Assembly (NCBI GenBank): GCA_038214755.1
Contig: JBBQRQ010000013.1
Coordinates: 9,155-73,154 of the forward strand
Direction of reading: 5' to 3'
DNA length: 64,000 nt
Source of the DNA: Verrucomicrobiota bacterium
Lineage (GTDB): Bacteria > Verrucomicrobiota > Verrucomicrobiia > Limisphaerales > CANJXF01
Below are positions 49,080 through 57,437 of the stretch, in pieces (within the stretch, counting starts at the first letter, position 1; every line of letters begins with the position of its first letter). The position numbers and the translations under genes were made by a program. A model generated the notes under the pieces. That model was given only the letters and a program-made list of their open reading frames with translations. It was not told the DNA's origin and did no database searches.

Positions 49080-50180
49080 ATGGCAAAAATCGACGCGTTT
49101 TTTAATTTGATGTTCGAGCAAAAGGCTTCCGACCTTCATCTCTCGACCGGCAACCCGCCCATCCTGCGCATCAACGGTGAGATGCAGCGGGTGGACTATC
49201 CGCCGCTGGAAGCCGACCCGCTCAAGAGCATGCTCTATGAGATCACGCCGGAATATAAAATCAAAATTTTCGAGGAAACCGGCGATGTCGATTTTGGCTA
49301 CGAGATTCCAAATGTGTCCCGTTTTCGCGCCAACTACTTCAATCAAAAGTACGGCATGTCGGCCGTCTTCCGCCAAATCCCGTCGAAAGTTTTGTCCTTC
49401 GAAGATTTTGAAAAGTTCGACGCGCCGTTGCCGTCCGTGTTGAAGAAGTTCTGCATGTTGCACAAAGGTTTGGTCGTTGTCACCGGCCCGACTGGTTCGG
49501 GCAAATCGACCACGCTGGCGGCCATGGTCGATTACTGCAATCGGAACCGCCGAGATCACATCATCACCGTCGAAGACCCGATTGAGTTCGTGCACGAAAG
49601 CAAAAATTGTCTGGTGCATCATCGCGAAGTTGGGATTCACACCAAATCTTTTGCGGCGGCGTTGCGTGGGGCGTTGCGCGAAGACCCGGACATTATTCTG
49701 GTGGGCGAATTGCGCGATTTGGAGACGATTGAACTGGCGCTGGTGGCGGCCAGCACGGGGCATTTGGTGTTTGGAACGCTGCACACACCGAGCGCCTCCA
49801 AGACGGTTGACCGCATCATCGACGTGTTTCCAGCCGAGCAGCAAAATAAAATCCGCGCGACGTTGTCGGAGGCGTTGAAAGGCGTTGTCGCGCAAAACTT
49901 GTTCAAGCGAATTGATAAAAAAGGGCGGGTGGCCGCGCTGGAAATTCTGGTTTTCACCACCGCCGTGGCCAATCTCGTGCGGGAAGGGAAGACGCACCAG
50001 ATACCCGGCATGATTCAGGTGGGCAAAAAATGGGGAAACACGCCGCTGGACGACTCGATTATGGATCACTTAAAAATGAAACGGATTTCCGCCGAGGAAG
50101 CCTACGACAAAGGAATTGACAAAAAGAAGTTCCGTCCTTTCATGGCGCATCCGCCAGAGGACGACGATAACAACGGTTAA
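49080..50180 (+). CDS. pilT: Type IV pilus retraction ATPase PilT
   Basis: ASDLHL, GPTGSGKSTTLAAM, ITVEDPIEF, ALREDPDIILVGELRD, TGHLVFGTLHT, ANLVREGK. Confidence 0.95.
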   Translation: MAKIDAFFNLMFEQKASDLHLSTGNPPILRINGEMQRVDYPPLEADPLKSMLYEITPEYKIKIFEETGDVDFGYEIPNVSRFRANYFNQKYGMSAVFRQIPSKVLSFEDFEKFDAPLPSVLKKFCMLHKGLVVVTGPTGSGKSTTLAAMVDYCNRNRRDHIITVEDPIEFVHESKNCLVHHREVGIHTKSFAAALRGALREDPDIILVGELRDLETIELALVAASTGHLVFGTLHTPSASKTVDRIIDVFPAEQQNKIRATLSEALKGVVAQNLFKRIDKKGRVAALEILVFTTAVANLVREGKTHQIPGMIQVGKKWGNTPLDDSIMDHLKMKRISAEEAYDKGIDKKKFRPFMAHPPEDDDNNG

Positions 50181-50207
50181 TTTTTAATCAGCTAACCTTA
50201 ATCTCCC

Positions 50208-51443
50208 ATGCGCCGCGTTGAACTCGATCAAATCCTGACCATGATGTTGGACTCCACTCCGATGCTAAATCCATCGGTCGTGCTCGACAGCAAAAAGGAT
50301 GTTTCCGATTTAAATTTCACGGTCAACAAACCGCTGCAAGTCGAGTACTCCGGCCAACTGATTTCGGTGGCGACCGATCCGCTGATCAGCCAGTTGACTC
50401 CGTACCAGACGGAGTTGATCGCGCTCAACCTGATTGGAGGCAGCCCGCGTTTGACCGAGAATTTGCTGCGCTCAGGTTCTTCCGATTCTTCGTATTCGTT
50501 GAGCGACGTGGCTCGTTTTCGCGTGAACATTTTTTCGCAGCGCGGAAATTTTTCCATCGTGATGCGAAAATTGAACACGGAAATTCCCACGCTCAAAGAA
50601 TTAAGAATGCCGCCTATTTTCGGCCAGGTGGCGAAAGAGCAAACCGGTTTGGTTCTGGTCACGGGCGCGACTGGCTCGGGCAAATCCACCACACTGGCCG
50701 CCTTGCTCAACGAAATTAATGAATCAAAGTCCGTCCACATTATTACGTTGGAAGACCCGGTTGAGTTCGTGCATCCGCAAAGAAAATCCACCTTCAATCA
50801 GCGCGAAATGGGATCGGACTTCAACACATTTGCCAATGGCCTGCGCGCCGCCTTGCGCCAGGCGCCCAAAGTGATTCTGGTCGGTGAGATGCGGGACCGC
50901 GAAACCGTCGAGATCGGTTTGAGCGCGGCGGAAACCGGGCATCTGGTGGTGAGCACGCTCCACACCATTGACGCGGGCCAAACGATCAACCGTATTCTCG
51001 GAATGTTTGAGCAGGACGAACAAGAGCAGATTCGTTTGCGGCTGGCGGACACTTTGCGCTGGGTCATCAGCCAGCGGCTGGCTCCGCGAGTGGGAGGGGG
51101 CCGGGAAGCGCTGCTGGAAATAATGGGGACAAATCTCCGCACCAGAGAGACGATTGCTCAGGGTGAAAGCGAAGGGAAAAGTTTTTACGAAATTATCGAA
51201 TCGAGTTATCCCTTTGGCTGGCGCACGTTTGATAACGCCTGTTTGGAGGCCTACGAAAATGGCGCCATCACCGAAGAAACGGCTCTTCTTTATTGCAGCA
51301 AACGCGGCCCGATGTCTCGTGGCATCGATAACATAAAAAAGACGCGCGGCGAGATAACCAGTTCTGTGAGTGACTTGCGGATGAAAACCGCCGATCGAAA
51401 AAGCGCGAACTCCGCCACTCCCTCGACCCTAAAATTCAAATAA
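50208..51443 (+). CDS. pilU: PilT/PilU-family ATPase (second paralogue)
   Basis: SDLNF, RFRVNIF.QRG, GATGSGKSTTLAA, TLEDPVEF, ALRQAPKVILVGEMRD, TGHLVVSTLHT. Confidence 0.88.
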   Translation: MRRVELDQILTMMLDSTPMLNPSVVLDSKKDVSDLNFTVNKPLQVEYSGQLISVATDPLISQLTPYQTELIALNLIGGSPRLTENLLRSGSSDSSYSLSDVARFRVNIFSQRGNFSIVMRKLNTEIPTLKELRMPPIFGQVAKEQTGLVLVTGATGSGKSTTLAALLNEINESKSVHIITLEDPVEFVHPQRKSTFNQREMGSDFNTFANGLRAALRQAPKVILVGEMRDRETVEIGLSAAETGHLVVSTLHTIDAGQTINRILGMFEQDEQEQIRLRLADTLRWVISQRLAPRVGGGREALLEIMGTNLRTRETIAQGESEGKSFYEIIESSYPFGWRTFDNACLEAYENGAITEETALLYCSKRGPMSRGIDNIKKTRGEITSSVSDLRMKTADRKSANSATPSTLKFK

Positions 51444-51446
51444 AAT

Positions 51447-51914
51447 ATGGCCGACCGATTTGATTTCGTCAGCACCTCCGACAAGCCGGCCTTGCTCGCC
51501 ATCACCACGCCAGAGTGGTTCACGGCCGCGCAGGACGCTCTGGTGGAACTCGGTTACAAAGTGCAAAAGATCTCCGATCCCTTGGAACTAGCCGGACGTT
51601 TCAGCCAGGTGCAATATCACGTCGTTATCATCGAAGAACAATTTGGCGCGACGAGCGGCGCGGAGAATTTGGCTTTGCAGGAATTGCAACGGATGCCGAT
51701 GAACCAGCGGCGTCATGCGACCATCATTTTGCTCGGCCACTCCTACGAAACTTTGAACGCGCTCCAGGCGTTCCAACAAAGCGTTCATGCGGTGATCAAT
51801 TTTTCCGAAATGCCATTGCTCGCTCAACTCATCAAAAAAATCGTGACGGACAACGAATTATTTTTGAGAAACTTCCGCGAAATCCAACTCCGCGTCGCCC
51901 ACGCCAAGGATTAG
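51447..51914 (+). CDS. Hypothetical receiver-like protein in the pilT/pilU operon
   Basis: 3 bp after the pilU stop; alpha/beta pattern; MPMNQRRH..IILLG...TLN..QAF..SV. Confidence 0.7.
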   Translation: MADRFDFVSTSDKPALLAITTPEWFTAAQDALVELGYKVQKISDPLELAGRFSQVQYHVVIIEEQFGATSGAENLALQELQRMPMNQRRHATIILLGHSYETLNALQAFQQSVHAVINFSEMPLLAQLIKKIVTDNELFLRNFREIQLRVAHAKD

Positions 51915-51919
51915 GGTAA

Positions 51920-52144
51920 AAACCGAAACCCGAAATCCGCAGGCCGAAAGAAATCCGAAGCCCGAAATTTTCACTTGGGACTGCGGGGGCATGTTTCCGC
52001 TTTGACTGCACGGTGGGAAAGAGCAGGCGTTAATCCAGAGTTTGTTACCTCAGAGAGGCGCGCAGGAAAAGCGGCGTCATGCCGCCGCACTCCAAAAAAG
52101 TATCGCCATTCGGATTTCGGACTTCTGGATTAATATTCGGTTTC
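51920..52144. mobile_element. GGAGTGCG-family element (51977-52094) inside inverted CCGAAAT/ATTTCGG heptamer tracts
   Basis: Reverse complement of the inner part closely resembles 42019-42137; flanks resemble 53787-53947. Confidence 0.8.
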
Positions 52145-52170
52145 AATAGTTTTTGTGGCAACTTGCAGCT

Positions 52171-52914
52171 ATGCCACGACTCGACCAGGCACTCGTTGAA
52201 CGCGGTCTTTGCCCCAGTCGCGAAAAAGCCAAACGCGCCATCATCGCCGGACAAGTCCGCATTAACGAACAACTGGCTCACAAACCCAGTGACTCGGTTC
52301 ACCCCGAGGACCAGATCACTCTGGTTGCTCCCGAAAAATTCGTCAGCCGGGGAGGTCACAAACTCGAGCACGGACTGGCGCATTTTCAAATCGACGTGGT
52401 CGGAAAAATGGCCATCGACCTCGGCGCTTCCACTGGCGGTTTCACCGATTGTTTGCTGCAACGTGGCGCGGCCAAAGTTTTCGCCGTCGATGTCGGCCAG
52501 GGTCAACTCGCCTGGAAATTGCGACAGGACCCGCGCGTTGTCGTTCTGGAAAAAATCAACGCGCGCACGTTGACGGCGACTCAGTTGTCCCAGCCATTTT
52601 TTCCAGCGGATATTGTGGTAATCGATTGTTCCTTCATTTCGTTGCGCCTGATTCTTCCCACGGCGATTGCATTGCTCGCCCCATTCGGTAAAATTCTCGC
52701 GCTGGTGAAACCGCAATTTGAAGCCGGAAAAATGGAAGCGGATAAAGGCGCGGGCGTGATTACCGATCCGGAGGTTCACGAGCGAGTCATTGAGGAACTG
52801 GAAAACTTCGTCAGCAAAAAAACTTCGTTGCAATGGCGTGGCCAAATCGAATCTCCTTTGCTTGGCCCCGCTGGCAACAAGGAATTTTTAATCCTGCTTG
52901 AAAAAACCGTTTAA
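52171..52914 (+). CDS. tlyA: TlyA-family rRNA 2'-O-methyltransferase
   Basis: RLDQALV.RG, FVSRGG.KL, DLGASTGGFTDCLLQ, DVG.GQL, D.SFISL, LVKPQFE, SPL.G..GN.EFL. Confidence 0.95.
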   Translation: MPRLDQALVERGLCPSREKAKRAIIAGQVRINEQLAHKPSDSVHPEDQITLVAPEKFVSRGGHKLEHGLAHFQIDVVGKMAIDLGASTGGFTDCLLQRGAAKVFAVDVGQGQLAWKLRQDPRVVVLEKINARTLTATQLSQPFFPADIVVIDCSFISLRLILPTAIALLAPFGKILALVKPQFEAGKMEADKGAGVITDPEVHERVIEELENFVSKKTSLQWRGQIESPLLGPAGNKEFLILLEKTV

Positions 52915-53782
52915 AAAAATCGACCGCGTCGGTTTGATCGCTAATTCCGAAAAACCCGCCAGCCGAAGTCTTACGCAAAAGGCATCAGAGTGGGTGGCAC
53001 GAACGGGCCGCACGGTTTGCTGCGATATTCTCACCGAACAGATGGCGAATTTAAAAATCGATGGCTATCCCGATGCGGCGAGTCTCGCTCGCGAAGTTGA
53101 TTTGCTTCTCGTGTTTGGTGGAGACGGTTCGATGCTGCGAGTGGTGCGCGAAATCGACGGAGCACTCACGCCCATCCTCGGCATCAACGTGGGTCGGCTT
53201 GGTTTTTTGACCGCTGTTTCCTCGAACGATTTGCCGGCCGCGCTGGAAAAAGTGTGGCGGAATGATTTCAAAATCGAATCACGTCCTTTGCTCGAAGCGC
53301 GCGGAGAGAGCAGTGGGGAAAAAATTCATTTGCGCGCGTTGAATGACATCGTCATCAGTCGCGGCGCTGCTCCGCGCATGATCGAGTTGGAAGTCAGCGT
53401 CAACGGCGAGGTGCTGACCTGTTATCGCTGCGATGGATTGATCATCAGTTCGCCCACCGGCTCGACCGCGTATTCGCTTTCGGCGGGCGGGGCCATCGTC
53501 AGCCCGGAGGCGCAAGTTTTCGCCATCACACCCATTTGTCCTCACACGCTGTCCAACCGTTCGGTCATTGTGGGATCGAATTCCACCGTGCAGGTCAAAG
53601 TGATCAGCGAAAAAGTTGAAACGACCGCCACGGCGGATGGCCAGACGCAAGTGGATTTGCTGGCCGGCGACAGGATCACGATTCGTCGCAGCCGTCGCGC
53701 GGCGCAATTGCTGCATCCGGGCGGGAGTTCATTCTTTGACACGCTGCGCCGGAAATTGCACTGGAGCGGTTCGAACGTTTAG
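52898..53782 (+). CDS. nadK: NAD kinase
   Basis: GGDGSML, GINVGRLGFL, ALNDIV, DGLIISSPTGSTAYSLSAGG, PICPHTL, ADGQ. Confidence 0.95.
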   Translation: MKKPFKKIDRVGLIANSEKPASRSLTQKASEWVARTGRTVCCDILTEQMANLKIDGYPDAASLAREVDLLLVFGGDGSMLRVVREIDGALTPILGINVGRLGFLTAVSSNDLPAALEKVWRNDFKIESRPLLEARGESSGEKIHLRALNDIVISRGAAPRMIELEVSVNGEVLTCYRCDGLIISSPTGSTAYSLSAGGAIVSPEAQVFAITPICPHTLSNRSVIVGSNSTVQVKVISEKVETTATADGQTQVDLLAGDRITIRRSRRAAQLLHPGGSSFFDTLRRKLHWSGSNV

Positions 53783-53786
53783 GCGG

Positions 53787-53947
53787 AGATCCGAATTCCG
53801 AAATCCGAGAGCCGAAAGAAATCCGAAGTCCGAAGGCGCGGCGGAACTGTGCGCATCGCAAAGTACTTTTCCAGGTGCTGGCGGCAAGTCGTTTTCGGTA
53901 TTCGGATTTCGGACTTCTTTCGGATTTCGAGGATCGGATTTCGGATT
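53787..53947. repeat. Inverted heptamer-tract element (CCGAAAT/ATTTCGG)
   Basis: ATCCGAATTCCGAAATCCGAGAGCCGAAAGAAATCCGAAGTCCGAA ... TTCGGATTTCGGACTTCTTTCGGATTTCGAGGATCGGATTTCGGAT. Confidence 0.85.
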
Positions 53948-53984
53948 TAATGAAAAAGCAGATTTCAAATTTCCATAGATTTTT

Positions 53985-55049
53985 ATGGTTCGTTTAAAAG
54001 ATGTGGCGCTGCGGGCCGGTGTTTCGGTGATGACGATTTCCAAAGCGTTGCGCGATGCGCCGGACATTTCTCCTCGCACCAAAGCGCGCATCAAACTTCT
54101 CGCCGGGCAAATGGGTTATGTGCCGGATTCAGCCGCGCAAAATTTGCGCAATCGAACCTCAAAACTTTTCGGTCTCGTCATTCCGTCGGTGACAAACCCG
54201 ATTTTTTCGCGAATGGTTTCCGCGATTGAAGAACGAACCCGCGCCCTCGGCTATGATTTAATCCTGGCACACACCTTGAACGATCCCGAACGGGAAGAAG
54301 CCAGTGTGCGCCGACTGCTTTCCCGCCGGGTGGATGGATTATTTATTTCTCCCGTTTATCGTTTGGCTCCAACCGCGCCGATCTATGAAGAGTTGAAACG
54401 ACGCGGCACACCGACCGTGGTTCTTGGACACCGCGTCCCATTTTGTTATGACTTTGCCAACGTCGAAAGTGATGACGCGGGGGGCAGTCAGGCAGCGACC
54501 GAGCACCTGCTGCAATTGGGCCATAAACGAATTGCATTTTTCAGCGGCCCGCCCGCCGCGCCCTGGGCACAAGAACGGCTCGAGGGTTATCGCCGCGCTT
54601 TGCGGGCCGCACAGATTGAAGCGGATGATCGCCTTATTTTTTCGGCCGGCTCGACCATCGACGAAGGTGAAAAAACCGCGCTCCAATTGATCAACGAATC
54701 GTTGCCCGTGACGGCGGTGCAGGCGGTGAACGACCTTGTCGCCATCGGCGCGGCCAATATTTTTCTCGATCAAAGCGTCAAAATTCCGCAGGAACTTTCG
54801 GTTGTCGGTTTCGGAAATATTTTGGCCAGCGAATATTTTCGCGTCCCGCTGACCACGTTGCGTCACCCCAAACAACGGATGGGACACGCCGCCGTCGATG
54901 GCATGTTGCAGTTGTTGACAGGCCATCCCCCGGAGTCGCGGCGGTTGCCCGCGGAACTGGTTGTTCGCTCCAGCAGCGGTGCGGCACACTTCGTGCAGCG
55001 TTCGCCGAAACAGTTTGTTACAACAAACGAAATCGGGAGTCGCCTATGA
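53985..55049 (+). CDS. LacI-family transcriptional regulator
   Basis: LKDVA..AGVS..TISKAL HTH; GYVP...A..LR; HLLQLGHKRIA, ERLEGY, NDLVAIG, IPQELSVVGF, PLTT. Confidence 0.95.
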   Translation: MVRLKDVALRAGVSVMTISKALRDAPDISPRTKARIKLLAGQMGYVPDSAAQNLRNRTSKLFGLVIPSVTNPIFSRMVSAIEERTRALGYDLILAHTLNDPEREEASVRRLLSRRVDGLFISPVYRLAPTAPIYEELKRRGTPTVVLGHRVPFCYDFANVESDDAGGSQAATEHLLQLGHKRIAFFSGPPAAPWAQERLEGYRRALRAAQIEADDRLIFSAGSTIDEGEKTALQLINESLPVTAVQAVNDLVAIGAANIFLDQSVKIPQELSVVGFGNILASEYFRVPLTTLRHPKQRMGHAAVDGMLQLLTGHPPESRRLPAELVVRSSSGAAHFVQRSPKQFVTTNEIGSRL

Positions 55050-55456
55050 ACAAAATTATCTTATCTATTGTCGGTGTGGTGGTGTTGGTGGTCGTCGGAT
55101 GGCTTGCTCTGCCTTATTTGACTCAGCGGACGGATCCAAAAGTTGGCAAATTTAACGAAAATGCGGAGAGTCTCGTCATCGGCCTGCAACAATATAAAGA
55201 ATTCGTGGGCAGTTATCCTTCCGGGAGCCTGGTGGATATTTCGAGAGCGTTGACCGGGCAGACGGACAAAAAAGTCCTGATTTTAGTCACGCGCAAAAGT
55301 GAATTGAACACGAAAGGCGAAATCGTTGATCCGTGGGGCACGCCGATTAAAATTTATTTCAATCAGGACACGATTCTAATTCGCTCCGCCGGAGCCAACC
55401 GCGTTTTCGAAGACAGCAAGAATGCGCGGACGGATGATCTTTATCGGTCGAGCTAA
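55046..55456 (+). CDS. Membrane-anchored GspG/pseudopilin-like protein
   Basis: N-terminal TM helix; L.QY....G.YP, DPWGTP, IRSAG.N..F....DD. Confidence 0.6.
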   Translation: MNKIILSIVGVVVLVVVGWLALPYLTQRTDPKVGKFNENAESLVIGLQQYKEFVGSYPSGSLVDISRALTGQTDKKVLILVTRKSELNTKGEIVDPWGTPIKIYFNQDTILIRSAGANRVFEDSKNARTDDLYRSS

Positions 55457-56640
55457 ATGCGTTTCCAGGCAGCGACAAACATTCCGTTTCCGGCATAGTC
55501 TTGCGGCCAAAACCAAAGTGAATTCGCAAACTCGCCGGGCTTAAAGGGATTTTTCATTTCCAATTTCTCAAAATCCTTGCGCTCGTTCTGAAAAAATTCC
55601 GCGACACCGATTGTTTCGTCGCGCGACAAAGTGCAAACAGAATAAATCAATTTTCCGCCAAGCTTCACTGCCTCGGCCACGTGCAGCAAAAGTTTTCGCT
55701 GGATGCCGCTCAACTCGCGCACGTCGTTGGCTGAAGTCGTCCAACGCGCTTGTGGATTACGATGCCATGTTCCAATTCCGCTGCACGGCGCGTCAACCAG
55801 GACTCCGTCAAATTTTGTTTTCGTCGGCAGTTTTTTCCCGCCGTCCCAAAGCGACGCTCGATAATTAAAAACTTTTGCGCGCGCCGTTCGTTGTTTCAAT
55901 TTTTTCAAACGCCACTCCGCGCGGTCGCTCGCCCAGATCAGACCTTTGTTCTCCATCAACTCCGAGAGATGAAGCAGCTTGCCGCCTTCCCCGGCACACG
56001 CGTCCCACCAAATTTCGCCAGGCTGGGGCGCGCAGATGACACCGACCGCCTGCGAACTGAGGTCCTGTAATTCGAAATCGCCATTTTGAAATTCCGGCGA
56101 GCGAAATAAATCTTCTGAGCCGCGATATTCGATGGCGTCGGTCAGCGAAGTCTTTTGTTCCAGCAAACAAAAACCGAGCGCTTCGGCAATTCGGCTGGCC
56201 TGATTTCGTTTGGTGCGCAACCAAAGTTTCGGTTCGCATTGCAAAGCGCGCAGCCACTCCGGCGAGACCGTCACAAAATCTTTTACCCAGGCGGGAATGG
56301 CTCTGGCCGACAATTCTTCTTCAGAAAATTTCTGCGGCTCGCGCAAAAATTTCTCGGCGAGTTGTTGCGCGACGAAAATATTTCCGGCCAGCGGCTTTTG
56401 CGGATCGAGCCAACCGAGCCATCGGAAATAAGTAAAAACCGCGCGACTGATTTCGCGGCTGTCCCTTCGAGACAAACTCGTTTGCCGCTTAAGTTCGGTG
56501 CGAAGAACCGAATCGGCCGGATGTTCATCGTCAGACTTGGCAATAATTTCAGCCGCGATTTTTACGAGAGGTTGAGGAGCGCGGACGTTCTCGTCCGCGA
56601 GGCATCGTTTCGAGTTAGCGTTGCGAGAAAATTTTCTCAC
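55453..56640 (-). CDS. RsmB/NOP-family RNA m5C methyltransferase
   Basis: ELQDLSSQ, WDACAGEGGK, VLVDAPCSGIGTW.RNP, GGKLIYSVCT; GTG start overlaps the RAYT stop. Confidence 0.9.
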   Translation of the reverse strand: MRKFSRNANSKRCLADENVRAPQPLVKIAAEIIAKSDDEHPADSVLRTELKRQTSLSRRDSREISRAVFTYFRWLGWLDPQKPLAGNIFVAQQLAEKFLREPQKFSEEELSARAIPAWVKDFVTVSPEWLRALQCEPKLWLRTKRNQASRIAEALGFCLLEQKTSLTDAIEYRGSEDLFRSPEFQNGDFELQDLSSQAVGVICAPQPGEIWWDACAGEGGKLLHLSELMENKGLIWASDRAEWRLKKLKQRTARAKVFNYRASLWDGGKKLPTKTKFDGVLVDAPCSGIGTWHRNPQARWTTSANDVRELSGIQRKLLLHVAEAVKLGGKLIYSVCTLSRDETIGVAEFFQNERKDFEKLEMKNPFKPGEFANSLWFWPQDYAGNGMFVAAWKRI

Positions 56641-56677
56641 GTTGATGGCGACTCGCGGACGAGAACGTCCACGCTCC
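56575..56677. repeat. REP doublet downstream of RAYT
   Basis: AGGAGCGCGGACGTTCTCGTCCGCGA ... TCGCGGACGAGAACGTCCACGCTCC. Confidence 0.92.
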
Positions 56678-57302
56678 GGCGAGCGCTGCTAAACGCCCAT
56701 TCTTCGGCACATTGCGCCAAACCCGCTTTCACCGGATTATTTTCGATGTAACGGATCGCCCGTTGAAGATGCTTTTCATCCCGAATAAACCTGTCCCAAT
56801 AATCCGGCTGCCAAAAACTTCCGGTGCGATTCAATAGTTCATTTGCGTTTCGGGCGGAGAATGCTTTCCAACTTTTTATCAGTTTAGCCAACGGAATTTC
56901 CCAAACTTCAACAAGTGCGTGAACGTGATTGGGCATGATCGCCCATGCCAGCAAGCGGCAACGTTCGCCGTCGAAATGCAGCAATGTCTCCTCCACCAGC
57001 CGGGCGATTTGCGGTTGCCGCAAATAACACGATCCGTAACCACGATCCAAATAGCTTTCGATTTGAATTCGTTTTTCGCGCTCATCTTCAATCGCCAATA
57101 ATGCTTCCCACTCGTGGCGGCGGCTCGCGGGCATGGAATCGTGCAAACGATAAGTCACCATTTGGATGACGCCCGGTTTGTCGAAATGCGGCAGGTATCC
57201 GCGTGAATGCCAACCCAGAAAACCCTTGGCTTTTTCTTCAGTTTCTAAAGGGGAATGCCACGATTGTTTATCGAGAATGATTTGTCGGACATGCGCGTTC
57301 AT
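56637..57302 (-). mobile_element. rayt: REP-associated tyrosine transposase (RAYT/TnpA-REP, HUH Y1 family)
   Basis: GWHSRGYLPH, VTYRL..S, AWAIMPNHVH (HUH), SWK.FSA, FWQ..YWDRFIRD, YIENNPVKAGL (catalytic Tyr), W.FSS; REP doublets on both sides. Confidence 0.95.
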
Positions 57303-57312
57303 GGGAGATCAT

Positions 57313-57433
57313 AGGAGCGCGGACGTTCTCGTCCGCGAGTTTTTAATTTGTGGGGAAGGTTTGGAATAAAGTTTCATCGAAAACATGTTTGTTCCAAAAA
57401 AACAAACTCGCGGACGAGAACGTCCGCGCTCCT
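57313..57433. repeat. REP doublet upstream of RAYT
   Basis: AGGAGCGCGGACGTTCTCGTCCGCGAGT ... ACTCGCGGACGAGAACGTCCGCGCTCCT (28-bp perfect IR). Confidence 0.93.
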
Positions 57434-57437
57434 TTCT

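Noticed and set aside
49071..50069. 332-aa antisense ORF over pilT
   Set aside because: Typical antisense shadow of a codon-biased gene.
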